DNA of 63,717 nucleotides, the filler included, from Globobulimina sp. (taxonomy: Eukaryota), in the NCBI GenBank assembly GCA_003354225.1. It is 15 parts of 15 records of this genome, joined end to end, with 100 filler letters (N's around TTAATTAATTAA, not from the genome) between each part and the next. Parts side by side here need not be neighbours in the genome. Positions count along the whole stretch, not along the records: positions 46,818 to 50,969 come from PIVH01001552.1; positions 51,070 to 55,219 come from PIVH01001553.1; positions 55,320 to 59,469 come from PIVH01001554.1; positions 59,570 to 63,717 come from PIVH01001555.1; 11 more parts are not named here. One strand, written 5' to 3'. Every line of letters begins with the position of its first letter. Position 1 is the stretch's first letter. Shown here in pieces: positions 48,361 through 61,077 of this stretch. Position numbers and translations under genes: made by a program. Below the pieces are notes generated by a model, which worked only from the letters and a program-made list of their open reading frames with translations, had not been told where the DNA came from and ran no database searches.

Positions 48361-49464
48361 ATGGCAATCCGCCGCACCTTCAAACGACACACTCAACTAT
48401 TTAACAGTACGCACCATCATTATAAATCACTAACTCGTTTTTCCTCCACAAACGCGTCATCCTCGGAAATAATTTACGTAAACCCGCGCCATGCACAAGA
48501 TGGATACGAGATTGTAAACTGCAAATTTAAACCAACGATACCAGCGTTGGGCTTTGGTACTTGGGGTTGTGACCATTTCTCCTCTGAATTGATCGCAAAA
48601 TCCGTCGATATTGCACTAAAAACCGGCTATAAACACTTAGATTGTGGCCGGGTCCATGCGAATGAAAAGGAAATCGGTGCAGTTATTGCGGATCATTTGG
48701 AGTCCGGTCGTATAGACCGACAGGATTTATTTGTAACGTCCAAACTATTTAACAACGAACATGCACCGCCAGATGGCGCACCATTACGTGCATTGGAAAC
48801 GACATTAAAAGATTTGAAATTGGATTACTTGGATGCATTTCTGATAAATTGGCCGTTTAGAAATTCAATACATACTCCTCCATTAGCCTTTAATTTGGAT
48901 ACTTGGTTTTTTACTTATAAGTTATTGCACGAGTTCATGTTACAAGGCATGACGCGGAGTGTTGGAGTATGCAATTCGAGCATACATAAAATGAAAGGAT
49001 TGATCCATTTATGTGAGAAATATAAAGTATCGAAGCCTGGTATTTTGCAAATTGAATTGCATCCGTACTTGCAACAGGAAAATATATTGCAATTTTGCGA
49101 GGATGAGGACATTATTGTTACTGCTGCGATGCCGTTAGGTTCGCCAGAGAGGCCAGACCGATGTAAGCGGGATAATGATCCAATGGTTTTGGAGGATGGT
49201 GTATTGAAAGCGATTGCAAATGAAATTGGACACTCTGTGGCTCAGATTATAATCAGATGGCATTTGCAAAAAGGCGTGGTTTGTATTCCAAAAGCAACCG
49301 AAGAATGGATGATTGTGGAAAACTTTGAGAGTTTGAATTTTCGATTGAGTCAGGAACACATGGAGAGGATAAATGCATTGGATAAGCATTATAGGTTTGA
49401 GAGAGGTGAAGTGTTTCGGTGGAAAGAAAATCAAGCTTGGCAGGAATTGTTTGATAACGAATGA
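48361..49464 (+). CDS. Aldo-keto reductase family protein with mitochondrial-presequence-like N-terminus
   Basis: IPALGFGTW, GYKHLDC, LFVTSKL, LKLDYLD, QIELHPYLQQ, AQIIIRWHLQKG..CIPK. Confidence 0.92.
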   Translation: MAIRRTFKRHTQLFNSTHHHYKSLTRFSSTNASSSEIIYVNPRHAQDGYEIVNCKFKPTIPALGFGTWGCDHFSSELIAKSVDIALKTGYKHLDCGRVHANEKEIGAVIADHLESGRIDRQDLFVTSKLFNNEHAPPDGAPLRALETTLKDLKLDYLDAFLINWPFRNSIHTPPLAFNLDTWFFTYKLLHEFMLQGMTRSVGVCNSSIHKMKGLIHLCEKYKVSKPGILQIELHPYLQQENILQFCEDEDIIVTAAMPLGSPERPDRCKRDNDPMVLEDGVLKAIANEIGHSVAQIIIRWHLQKGVVCIPKATEEWMIVENFESLNFRLSQEHMERINALDKHYRFERGEVFRWKENQAWQELFDNE

Positions 49465-49617
49465 ATACATAATATCGTAAATACAAGATTGTAATGCATG
49501 CAATAATTGACTGACATCAATACTTGCTTTGAATATTCAGACTCTGATTCAGAAACAGTTTTACTTCCATGACCAACAACACAAAACTGTGAAGTTACAC
49601 TAGTATAAGATTAAAAC

Positions 49618-50583
49618 ATGGCAGTTAATCATGAAGATGACCGTACAATATTTGATATTAAAATTGATGGGTTATGGAACAATGCAAAAAGACGTAACTT
49701 CATTGAAAGAATCGAAATTCATTTTGTATTGAAAGTAGCGAAAATAAAACAGAAAAGAATTCACATCGATATCATACTTCCTCATTGTCCAACATCACAA
49801 TTACGTAAAAAGAAATTTCTATTATTAGTGGATGATAAATTACTGAAAGAAACAAAAAATGTGATCAAGGAATATTCAAATCAATTATACGTCGAAAAAG
49901 AAAGAAAATCAAAAATTTTAATCCAGCAATATATCGAAAACATAATGGATAAGGAAAGCTTCTCTTCATTCCATTCATTGTTTGAAACTAACATTGAATG
50001 CTTATGTTTTGATTATTACTGCGATAAACAATATGAAATCGATAAAATGTGCCGGAATTCAATGAATTATTTGGGAATTGGATATAAAACGTTTGATGAT
50101 TTAAAAAAAATAAATAAAGATAGAAAAATTGTGAAACGAATGTTTAACTGTGCTGATAAAATATTTTGTTCATACAATATAATCCGTCAAATCCCGAGAT
50201 TATTGGGACCGACATTGGGCAAAATGGAGAAATTTCCGTCTGTAATCAAAGCAAATCAATATGGTAATTTGAGAGAAATATTGGATATAAATAGGCAACA
50301 AATTAGCATAAATTATAGGATAAAAAGCGACTGTAAATTCGCTACAATATCATGTTGCATTGGTGATATTAATATGGATAAAAAAGACGTGATTGATAAT
50401 ATTATGGGTATCATTTGTGGCATGTTGCAAAGTGTTAATATGAAATGGCATTTGGTTCATACAGTCAATGTGAAACGAACAATGGGTAAAAGTATTCGGA
50501 TCTACAGTCATAAAGATATTGTATCGAGATATGAGATACCAAAATTAATGAAACAATACAAAAGAAAACTAAATCAGTATTGA
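49618..50583 (+). CDS. Divergent ribosomal protein uL1 (RPL10A)-like protein
   Basis: KRRNFIE.IE...LK, LPH.P, DDLKKINKDRKIVK, IIRQIPRLLGPTLGKMEKFP, KRTMGKS; longer than canonical uL1. Confidence 0.8.
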   Translation: MAVNHEDDRTIFDIKIDGLWNNAKRRNFIERIEIHFVLKVAKIKQKRIHIDIILPHCPTSQLRKKKFLLLVDDKLLKETKNVIKEYSNQLYVEKERKSKILIQQYIENIMDKESFSSFHSLFETNIECLCFDYYCDKQYEIDKMCRNSMNYLGIGYKTFDDLKKINKDRKIVKRMFNCADKIFCSYNIIRQIPRLLGPTLGKMEKFPSVIKANQYGNLREILDINRQQISINYRIKSDCKFATISCCIGDINMDKKDVIDNIMGIICGMLQSVNMKWHLVHTVNVKRTMGKSIRIYSHKDIVSRYEIPKLMKQYKRKLNQY

Positions 50584-50874
50584 TATGAGTAGCAATATAA
50601 TGATCTGACAGCAAAAACTAATGCTATCCGAAAGGACACACTTTAATTCTAACTGCAAGGACACATTAAATGTTTGTAATGAGAGAAAATATATGTTGGA
50701 TTTAGACGCTATGTCTATGCGCTTTTTTACTATGGTCAGTTTAATATAATTAAGGGAACTGAAAATAGTAAGATTCAATAAACTTGTTTTTAGTCTGAAA
50801 TAGCAACTAAATAGTTGCGCGGCAACTATTTAGGAAACCTAGGCTCTTTTCATAGCCAAAACTGCCGGACAATA

Positions 50875-50957
50875 TGCGCCATTAAGGATTCCATAAGAAA
50901 ATTGAAAATTGTTAGCGCCATTAAGGATTCCATAAAAAGAAATTTTCGGATTCCATA
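50875..50957. repeat. Short direct repeats GCGCCATTAAGGATTCCATAA (two copies plus a partial) near the contig end
   Basis: Copies near 50876 and 50915; partial GGATTCCATAA near 50948. Confidence 0.7.
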
Positions 50958-51776
50958 AAAAACTAACTTNNNNNNNNNNNNNNNNNNNNNNNNNNNNNNN
51001 NNNNNNNNNNNNNTTAATTAATTAANNNNNNNNNNNNNNNNNNNNNNNNNNNNNNNNNNNNNNNNNNNNTAATATATGACGGCTTTCTTCTCTCATTATC
51101 GCCGCCTTAATATATGACGGGATTCTGTATATATATATTCAATCATTTTCTGCATTGTTTCCTTTTCTTTTAGTTTTGGCATCTTTTAAAAGGGGTTTCG
51201 ACCTTTTGTAAAAAGTGCAAGACTTCTCGAACTGAGCTGTTTGACAGAGTTTTTTAAAAATCAGTACTTATCGGAGAGCTCTATTGGTGCAGACCAAATA
51301 GTGCGGACTAATGTAGTAAGGCTTCTAGAACCACTACTGTGTGCGGGCTCGAAAGTGCGATGTAATAGGTGCGCACCATTTTACAATATGATAGCACTCA
51401 TTTTTTAACATAGTGTGCCTCGATTAGATTACACTTTATGGATCGCACTCGTATTGTAAAATGATGCGCATCTATAGTGGCTCTAGAAAAAAACCGCTTG
51501 TGAGATATCACTGTAACAAAGTTTTCACTTTTATAATCTTTTTTAAGACATTTTATGTTGTTCGAAAAGCATCGTTCCTAATCCTACGTAACGCGTTTGT
51601 CGACGAATCTTATAATCGATTAGTTATCAAACATGGATTGCTCCATCAAAATCGAACCGACAACAAAGTATGAGAAATAGACAAATTCAAATCTAACTGG
51701 TTGCGTTCTAATACTATAGATATAAGTATAACCAGTTGGAATCTAAAATATGTTCATGCATCAAAATTAATTATAG

Positions 51777-53456
51777 AATACGTACACAAATATAACACAA
51801 AGTGCGCTAAATAACCAGAAAGAGAAACAAAAAGAGAAAAACAAAAATAAAGCGACAGAACAAGGGACTGAATCAGCATCAAACAGCAATATTGTTTTTG
51901 AGAAATGTTACACTTTTGAGGCAACCTGTCCTTTTAAAGAATGCGCCGAATATAACAAAGTAATATTTAAATCACAACAAGCGTACCAACAACACCATGG
52001 ATTAAAGCATGAGACGCGGGATAAATTTCGAAATAATTTGGTGTGGAAATGCCCCCAATGTGGCAAGCAATGCTCCTCCTTTTATAATTTTAGTGCGCAC
52101 GTCTCGATGCATAGAGAGTTATGTCAGCCGCCCTGGATTTGCACGCTACCGCCGGTCAAACACAGCAAGAACTATAACAACCAACTTATGACTGCCTGCA
52201 ACAAACGAAGCAGCACCAAAAACAATTTGATATCGCACATTCGATCTGTACATAAATTGAATGTGATTGGTTATAAAGTTATGTTTGTATATAAATGTAA
52301 TATGAAATATGAATATGTTTTGAAACACAGCAGGAAAGAAATAGTATCCGTAAAATGCATCCAATTCCCGCCATGGCCAATATTTCTTATCAAACCAATC
52401 AAAAACGCACGCGAGAAAATAGTAATATTGTTTGTGGCAATCAACCGCAATCCAAACGACTTCGTACCAATGGCAATCCATTGTTGTTACACATGTACAA
52501 TATCAATAATATGGGCGGTGTTGGTCCGATGCAACATGGAAACGGCGGTAATAGCAACAATGGAAAAGAAGCGGCAAATGTGTTTCCTGGATTCAATCAC
52601 TGTCAGAATACAAATCTAAATAATAATAATCCCTATGATAATATAATAGTACCTATAGCGGCCAGTATAACTATACCAACCCCGCCGTCTGTACATAATT
52701 CCACTGCTATAAATCGTAGAAATGAGCCACTTAATACGCAGATTGGTGCTGTTACCACGAATAATATGCCGCCTTTACCAAATATGCAGCAATTACGAAA
52801 TCTATGCACGTTACTTCAGAGTTTTAATAATCAACAAAATAATAATAATAACAAGAAGAAGAAGAATGGTGATTTTGATGCTATTGCAGTGTATGTGTGT
52901 ATGTATTTGTTGTTTGTATTCGTCTTAAAACTAAATTAAAAAATGTTTGTTAATATGAAACAGTATGAACTGCATAAATTATATTAAGAATTGTGAAGGG
53001 AATCAATCACAGAATCAGCATGATCGAAATATAAATAATACGAATGGTTTTAATTGCAATACGAATACGAATACGAATACGAATCAAAAGAATGGCAATA
53101 ATAATATGAATCAAATGGTAACATATCATCAGAATACACAGCAACAATATATGCCAAATATGCAAAATAATATGCCACGTAATCATAATCATAATAACAA
53201 TATTAATATGCGTAATATGCCCAATGTGCACATGACGAATTATAACAATATTGTTAATAATACGACTCTAAACATACAAAATATGATTAATACATTAAAT
53301 AATATGAATAGCTATAAGATGAATAATAACATAAATAATATGAGTCATGGCCAACAACATACAAATAACCAAAACATGTCCAATCAAAATAGAAATAGCA
53401 GTCGTGGGAAACAATCGTTTCATTCAAATTTACCTTCATTGAATCGGCCGTATTAA
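51777..53456 (+). CDS. C2H2 zinc-finger protein with N/Q/M-rich prion-like C-terminus; start uncertain
   Basis: Three fingers: CPFKEC...HHGLKH (upstream of the track ORF), CPQC...HVSMH, C...C...HIRSVH. Introns 52278-52333 and about 52892-52963. Confidence 0.8.
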
Positions 53457-53711
53457 TTATTAGTAAAATGGATCGAGAAACAGAATATAAAAAAATGTTG
53501 TTTTTTTGCATAAAAAATATTGTACGTTTTTATATTGTTTTTTTGTTTTTGTTCCGTCGTTGTATTTTGTGTACTCTCATTTTACCAAAAAATCACCACC
53601 TATACAACTTATTGCTTGCCAATGATTTGTGTATGCGCTGATCTCTTGGTGCTTGTTTGAGTTATTTACATATTTTGCTTTTGTTACTCAATAAAATAAT
53701 CATTATATACA

Positions 53712-53852
53712 CGTGTTATAACTAGTTATAACATATGCATATGCATCACTATAATTGTAGGTTATAGTGCGAATAATGTATACTTATACCATGTGTTATA
53801 ACTTATAACTATAATGTATACTTATAACGCATGGTTATAACTTATAACTGTA
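53712..53852. repeat. AT-rich degenerate tandem/palindromic repeat
   Basis: Recurring GTTATAACT and ATAATGTATACTTATA units. Confidence 0.6.
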
Positions 53853-54368
53853 TGAGTGACATATCAAAAGAAAAGAATATGATGAAAATCATAAAAAAAA
53901 ATATTTTACCCAGGCAGATCTTTCTAGACACTTACTTTTTTTGGAGAAAGATTTTTCTAATTCCCATAACTTCGTCAAGTGTTTTACTAAAAAAATTGTT
54001 TTTAACATGGGGTCAGTTTGCTGGTGGTTCGTAATAACACAAATGATAATACAACATAATGCTGAAACTAGGTACGTATCATCGTATTTTAGCGACTACT
54101 TTGAATTGCAATTGATGTCTCAGTTTGATACATATGCAATATATATGATTTTACAGACTTTGCTCTGCATCAACGGACCCTTCATGCATTTGCACCGATC
54201 CTGGTACGTTAAACAATATATACTGATATACACCATCCAAATCACACTGAATGTGCTCTATCCCACGTACACACGCACAAAAATCTAACACTATTCAAAC
54301 ACCAACAATCCCAGAAACGTTTAGTGTGATACATATAAACCAACAACTAACTAACTAAATGACTAAGA

Positions 54369-55219
54369 TCGCTGCCTTCTGGAATGTAGCGGCAAAGATA
54401 AGTGCAAAGGATCAGATATGAAATTAGGCTGCAAATCAGGATATCCATGCAATGTCATCTGCAACTCAGCCGGCGAAGAGAATGCCTGCGAGGATGCCAC
54501 CATTGACGGTTCTACAGCAACCTCACTGAATGTCATATGCCGAGATAAGAAATCCTGCTCAAACACAAAAGTAAACTGTGGCACTGGCGACTGTACGGTG
54601 ATCTGTTTAAGCATTGACAGTACGGGCTCAAACTGTCAAAGTTTAACCTTAAATTGTGGCCCCAATGCATGCAGTATTCATTGCGAAAACGCACCCAATA
54701 TGTGCTCCGATGTGCGTGTCAATACATTGCCTGCTACGCAATCATTTGAATGTGTTGAGGAAGGCATAGGAAACACAGCCTGTACGCCTATACACCAACA
54801 AATCGCGCCCTTCGCGCTAGAAACTGTAAACCCAACCTCGCTCACACTAACTCCTACATATATACCTACTAAATCACCCTCCAAAACACCTACAAATACA
54901 CCAACAGATACTACATTATCTCCAACTAAATACCCAACACATAATCCATTGCTGTCTACCGCCACAACTAAAAATCCCTCCATCGCGCCTTCGTATAATC
55001 CATCCTTATCTCCTTCAAAAAAGCCAACATTATTCCCCTCACATAATCCATCCAAAAGCCATGTATTCCCATCAACGGATATTCCAACACCACCACCAAC
55101 AACCAAACCCACTACGACCTCCAAGCAGAAACCATCAAAAACACCAACCACTACATCGAAAACACCAAAACCATCCAAAACAAGCTCGCCTACCATTGGC
55201 GTGGTGCTGCAGCCGACGG
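54369..55219 (+). CDS. Cys-rich extracellular protein with TxxP mucin-like stalk; upstream exons uncertain, 3'-partial
   Basis: Regularly spaced CxxxC repeats followed by PT(K/N)xP repeats. Confidence 0.75.
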
Positions 55220-55982
55220 NNNNNNNNNNNNNNNNNNNNNNNNNNNNNNNNNNNNNNNNNNNNTTAATTAATTAANNNNNNNNNNNNNNNNNNNNNNNNN
55301 NNNNNNNNNNNNNNNNNNNTATATATATTTACATGAATTATTCAAAATGGATGGGTCTAAAGAGGCAGTACCTAAAATAGGATTGCATGTGAATACAATG
55401 TGTAAGACTAATATTGATATCATTTTAAAATTGCTGATTGTAACAAAGAGAATGAGGGTTTTTGTCCATAGGTATTCTATTCATTTTCTCCTCGCATCCT
55501 CACTCAATACATTTGTGTTGTTATTTCAATACATTTGTGTTGTTGTTAAATATTGAGAAATGTGACAGCTTAAATCTTGGTGAAGGATATATGAACAGAC
55601 AGCTACGGAATGTTGATATATTCACCGAGACTTAATTATTTGTGGGGATTTATTCGGACAGCAGTTTCTGAAAACGATCTATCATACGACATACATATGA
55701 GACCCACTAATATTATGTATATCTCCTTCACCAAGATTAAAGCTGATACGTTCAACTGCGATATTTGGGTTGAGATCGACAACGAAACAGTGAATATAAT
55801 GTTTATAAACACATATAATATCACTGCACGTCGCACAATTGAATGAGACAGTTTTTTTGCGTGGTGATAATACCCATGGACAAACTACCTCATTCTGTTA
55901 GTTACTTTCTCAGATTTATTTTTGTGCTGTTTATGGTTGCTATTAATTGTTGTTGTGGTCGACGCGCTAAGGTTCCATTTAG

Positions 55983-58900
55983 ATGACAGCGAGATCTTCA
56001 AGCTTTTTTTATCTAATATACTTGACTTGGAAAATCATGTCAGCCGCAGGTAGAAGAGCAGCGAATTTAACCACACCAATTAAAACAACATCGGCCAATA
56101 AAAGTAAAATCATGCTCCCAGATGATGAGCAAAATACAATCTCCAATATACTGATAAAAAATGCCAAAAATATGAAAAGAAGCAAAAACAGCAAATTGAA
56201 CAAAGCAAACAAAAATAAAGCACCCTCTAAAAAGAAAAAAATTGGCCGAAGAAATGGGAAATTTAAAAAAGCAGCACCCAAAAAAAGGAAAAAAAAGGGT
56301 CGAAAAAAACAACACGAGAAACCAGAAAAGCTCGAAATGGAAGAAAAAGAAGAAATTGATCCATACCAAATGCTAAAACAAACCGATTCCACTGCATTAA
56401 TACGCATGTTTTTGCACAAACTGTCCGAATATCCATTGGTTTTCCAACATTTGGGTCAATTTGGTGACCAATTACAGAGCTCAATGATCAATTTCATCCA
56501 CGACATGATAGCACCGACGTTGATGTCTGAGGACAATGTCTCCAAATTCAAATCCATTATAAATGACAGGAAGTTGATCTATTTATTGCGACAGTCCTTT
56601 ATCCGATGGCTGCTGATCCATAAGACGCAAATGAAGCTATTATTTAAACGCAAAGGCGACGAGAACGCCAAAAACAAACTAAAATACGACATCGTGGTGA
56701 CAAAGAACCATATAATACAAAAGTTGTCGTCTGCACTCAACAGAGACAATGTCGACTTAAAAGCCATTATCTCGCAATTGGACGCAAAGACTAAATTGGC
56801 CTATTTTCATTATCTAAAATCAGACATTAAAAACCCATTTCTGGCGCAATTAATGACACCCATTCCCGGCGCATTGCTCTCCAATACAAAGTGTAACGTG
56901 CCTTCGTTGAGTGGCAAAATGCCAGATTTGGATGCAACAAAACATGATCCAAACGCGCTTATTCATGCCATTGTTGCCGGTGGGGATCATGCGGATGGCA
57001 GTGGCGAAGAAAAGGTGCAAGAACAGGGTGTCGAAGCGAAACAAGCGGAAGAGACCGTACATGAAGGTACGCCATGCATTTTTAGTGTAACTGTACTGAA
57101 GTTTTTTTGTTTTTTTTAAGCTAAAATGATTTAAAAATGCTTTTTCTTAAAATCATATACAAACAGGCTATGATAATATGAAAGTGCAACAGAAATTGCA
57201 TGGATTGTTTGATGGATACAAAGACTGCGTGTTACTGTCTGAGAAACAAATACTTGTCGATATCTTGAAAACGCAGTATAAACTGATCCAAAATGCCATT
57301 GATGACTACGGCAAAACGCGTTGGATGGACGCACCCATTGACCACGGACATATACGTCTGATGCAGCGCGAATTGATCCGCGATCACCAACAAATCGTCA
57401 AAAAATGCGAACTGATTGAAACCGACTACAAAAAGAAATTATTGCAAAACATCTCCGAAGTCAACAAAATGCGAAGAGAGCTGAAAAAACGCAAAGAAGT
57501 GTATTTGGATTTGATTGAGAATAAATGCTATCGCTTTTTGAAAGAAAAACTATCCGCCATTCACGAAGAAATTGAACGCAAGAAACAAGCCATCGCATTG
57601 CATGAAAAAAAGCGAGAGAATTACTTGAACCATGCCAAGGAATCACTGAAAAACGAGCAAAATATGCGGAAAGGCGTGAAGTTGGTCAATGACACTTACC
57701 ACAAATACCTACGGCAGTTAACACGCTCTAAGATCGAGTATGCGGTGATCGACAACAGATTGAGCCAGGACCAGTTTTATTCGTTGCAGGAGAAATTGAA
57801 CAATCTGCGCAACAAAAACGATCGTTATTGGTATTGGTACAAGAAAGAAAAGGAAATCTACAGCAAATCCATCAAATCGCTGTCGAGAATCAACCGTTTT
57901 TTGAAGCGAATCGAGGCGTTTTTGATCACGGAATACGGTGAGAAGAGCGAGGAATTAATGACGTTTCGGAAGGAGTACTATTTGCAAGTGTTGGTGCACA
58001 ATGTCGATGCGCGAGAGTTGAATAATAAATATAATAAAGAGATATTCGAAAAGAAGAAGATATCGGACATCGAGATTGTTTATAATATGAAGAAGAAAGA
58101 CATTAAGCTGCCCGCTGCCAATTTGTCGGTGGTGAACCGGCTGTATTCGCGGTTGAAGCCGGCTGATATTGGCGTGGGCGATGTGGGCAGACATGAGAGG
58201 ACAAAGACGAATGACGAGAGCGGCATGTTCGTGAATAATGAGATCAAGCGACATCAGGACGAGCATGGCGACGATGTGATGGGCGGCGATGGGGATGAGG
58301 CGAGGGAGGAGGAAGAGGATCAACACGTTAATGAGTCTGATGAAGAGGAGGAAGTTGTGGAACAAGAGCAACGTACTGGTTATGTCCGGACGAATGACGA
58401 GGATATATTTGGCGGTGTGGCCGTGACGCAAGAACCCGAGGAGCAGGAATATGGAGATGGAGAGGCAGAGGAAGCCCAAGGTTAAGCCATGCATTTTAAG
58501 TGCCACTTTACTTGAAAGTTTTTTTTCTGCACACAAAAAGATGTAAAGATCAAACGAAGATATGATGAGGAAGACGGCTACGAGGACGAGTATGAGGATG
58601 ATGAGTATGAAGATGATGAAGAAGAGAATGAATATGATGCGACCATTTCGTACGAACACGTCATTCAAACTGCAACCGATGCGAGATCCAGTGACAAATA
58701 CACAGAAAACGAAGAGACAGCGACCGAGAGCGAGGACAAATTTGTAGTAAGCCAAGAAAAAGGAAAACGCGACACACAAAATGCATGGCAAGACACTGTA
58801 GAATCCACTGTATTTTATGGTGGCGGTGGTAATGCAAATACAGACATAGCCACTGCACCACATATGGCCAAACATTATAGCGCTAAGAACCTATTACCCG

Positions 58901-59448
58901 ACGATGGCTTTGAAGATTCCACGCAATATCAACAGGAAGATGAGGAGGAAGAGGATGTGGACAATAGACCAAGTTCTACAGTCATTAAACCTGAACCATC
59001 CGAGCAGGAATTCCAGTTTTTTGCAGAGAATAAATATGATGAAATGCATGAGGAGGAAGAGGAAGAGGAGGATGAGGAGGATGAGGATGAGGATGCATAT
59101 GAGTATAGGATTAAATTGGATAATAAACACGAGAAGGCACAGAATAGTCTGTCAGTGTCTGGTTTTGGACACATTGGCACCTCGTTTGGCTATGACGTGA
59201 GTGGTAGTGGCGGTATTAACGGGTTTGATACACCGATTGCTGATGGCGGTGGCCATGGAGCAGCGCAATTGATTGAGCCGCCGACGCCGTTTATTAATGA
59301 GGACGAGGAAGAGGAATATGACGATTTTTATGACGATGATATGGAGCATAATGTGGTTGAGGATGATATGGGAAATATGTCATTTGAATCGGATGATGAA
59401 AGTGATGATGATGAGGACTCATATGATGATTCGTATGAAGATGATTAA
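55983..59448 (+). CDS. Large hypothetical protein: basic N-terminus, coiled coil, very acidic C-terminus
   Basis: Introns 57067-57166 and 58481-58540 join three track ORFs in frame. Confidence 0.75.
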
Positions 59449-59569
59449 TATGATTATTTGAGAGTGTATNNNNNNNNNNNNNNNNNNNNNNNNNNNNNNN
59501 NNNNNNNNNNNNNTTAATTAATTAANNNNNNNNNNNNNNNNNNNNNNNNNNNNNNNNNNNNNNNNNNNN

Positions 59570-60948
59570 TGAATGATTGTATTTAATTTATTGACCAATG
59601 AGTTTAACATTTTATCGTTTGAACAGTAATTCCTTTGCAATGCGTAATTAATAAATTGTAACACTGATTCACTATGAAACAGTAATCCTTTTTCAATCAT
59701 AAAGCCGCACCATTTGCCACTATCCAAAAACATTCGGGAATATTCCAAATTGTTCCCATTTAAGACCACAATGTCACTAATCATTGTCAATAATTTTTTG
59801 AATGCCCTCTCTATCTCCTTATTATTTGCCCAAATCTCTTTGCTTAATAATTTGCCACATTGATACAATACTTTTGGTCCATTGTTTTTTTGCAAATGTT
59901 TTAATCCCATCTCACTTTGCCGAGTAATACAAGACAGTGTAAATACTAATTTATTAATTAATTGTCCATTGATCGATTGTGTATTATTATTGTTCTTAAA
60001 ATCTAAATAAATATTATTTAATTCATTAATAATAAACAATACCATATTTGATTCATGTACATATTGAATTGCATTTGGATTATTTTGTGATGCTACGCCA
60101 ATTACATCCATTATTTGTGATAATATTTTGTAATTTAATGTTGTGTTTTGATTATCATTATTTTTGGAATTATAATAATTATACGTTTTTAATAAAATTT
60201 GAACACCGTTCATTTTCATAAAATCAACTCCATTGTCCACTTGATACAGAAATTCCGGTAACACTGTCAATTCAATCAATAATGAAGAATCTGTATATAA
60301 ATACGTATGATTTAAATCTGTTTCTGTCTCTGCTTGTTTCTCCGTGTGTTGTTCCACATTATTTAATATCTTTTGAATCTGTTGAGGATCATCGGGAGGT
60401 AATTGGGACTGAATAGTTATTAATAATGTTTTTGTTTTATTTTAATTTTTATCATTGATAAAGGGGATTAACTTCGATCCAATCAAAGATTTCGATCATT
60501 TCCTCCAGTTTTTCAGGATCCATTTGGAATTGCTATGTATTATAATATAAAAATGTTTCCTTAATTACACATCATTGAATTGACTCAGTTGAGAAACACA
60601 TAACGGATAAATCAACGAGTTCTCCTTCTCCTGGCTTCAAATAACTTGGATCGTCATTGATTTCTCTTAATGCTGCTATTAATTCCGGATTCATTGCATC
60701 CATTGTCTGGGTATACGTAAAGTTCAATAATATAAACATTTGATAAATTTAAATGAATGAAGACATACATGCAGATCATCTGAAGTGTCCACGTGGATAT
60801 TGGCTATATCTTGCTTTGTCTTGCCAGTGTCAGGTACAATGGACACACCAGTTTCGTCTTTCCCAGCTGGATTACCAGCAACCATACGGGTATAACAATA
60901 AACAATACAACTCATGAAGAGAACACGTGTAGCCTTTAGTTGCAACAT
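59570..60948 (-). CDS. SIL1: SIL1/HSPBP1-type armadillo Hsp70 nucleotide exchange factor, 3'-partial
   Basis: Signal-peptide-like N-terminus; YQVDNGVDFMKMNG, IGVASQNNP, KLVFTLSCITR; several short introns at 60400-60770. Confidence 0.8.
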
Positions 60949-61077
60949 TGAGCCAATCAAATAAAATTAAATAACCTAAAGTGTTTTTTGTGATTTTTTA
61001 CTAGTGTCAAAAAATCAACTGTGAAATATACATTGCAACAAGAAGAATATATCGAATTGGAATAAAAATCATTCAAT

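Noticed and set aside
50807-50842. Hairpin CTAAATAGTTGC-GCG-GCAACTATTTAG followed by CTAG as a Helitron 3' end or terminator
   Set aside because: Single occurrence, short spacing to CTAG and no supporting element; a bacterial-type terminator is not meaningful in this eukaryotic context.
55347-55846. Short ORFs at the start of contig 14
   Set aside because: Possibly terminal exons of a truncated gene, but no recognisable motif or reliable exon model.
4160-59569. Regularly spaced TTAATTAATTAA motif about every 4.25 kb
   Set aside because: Artificial six-frame-stop linker inside N runs; the spacing reflects length-sorted contigs.
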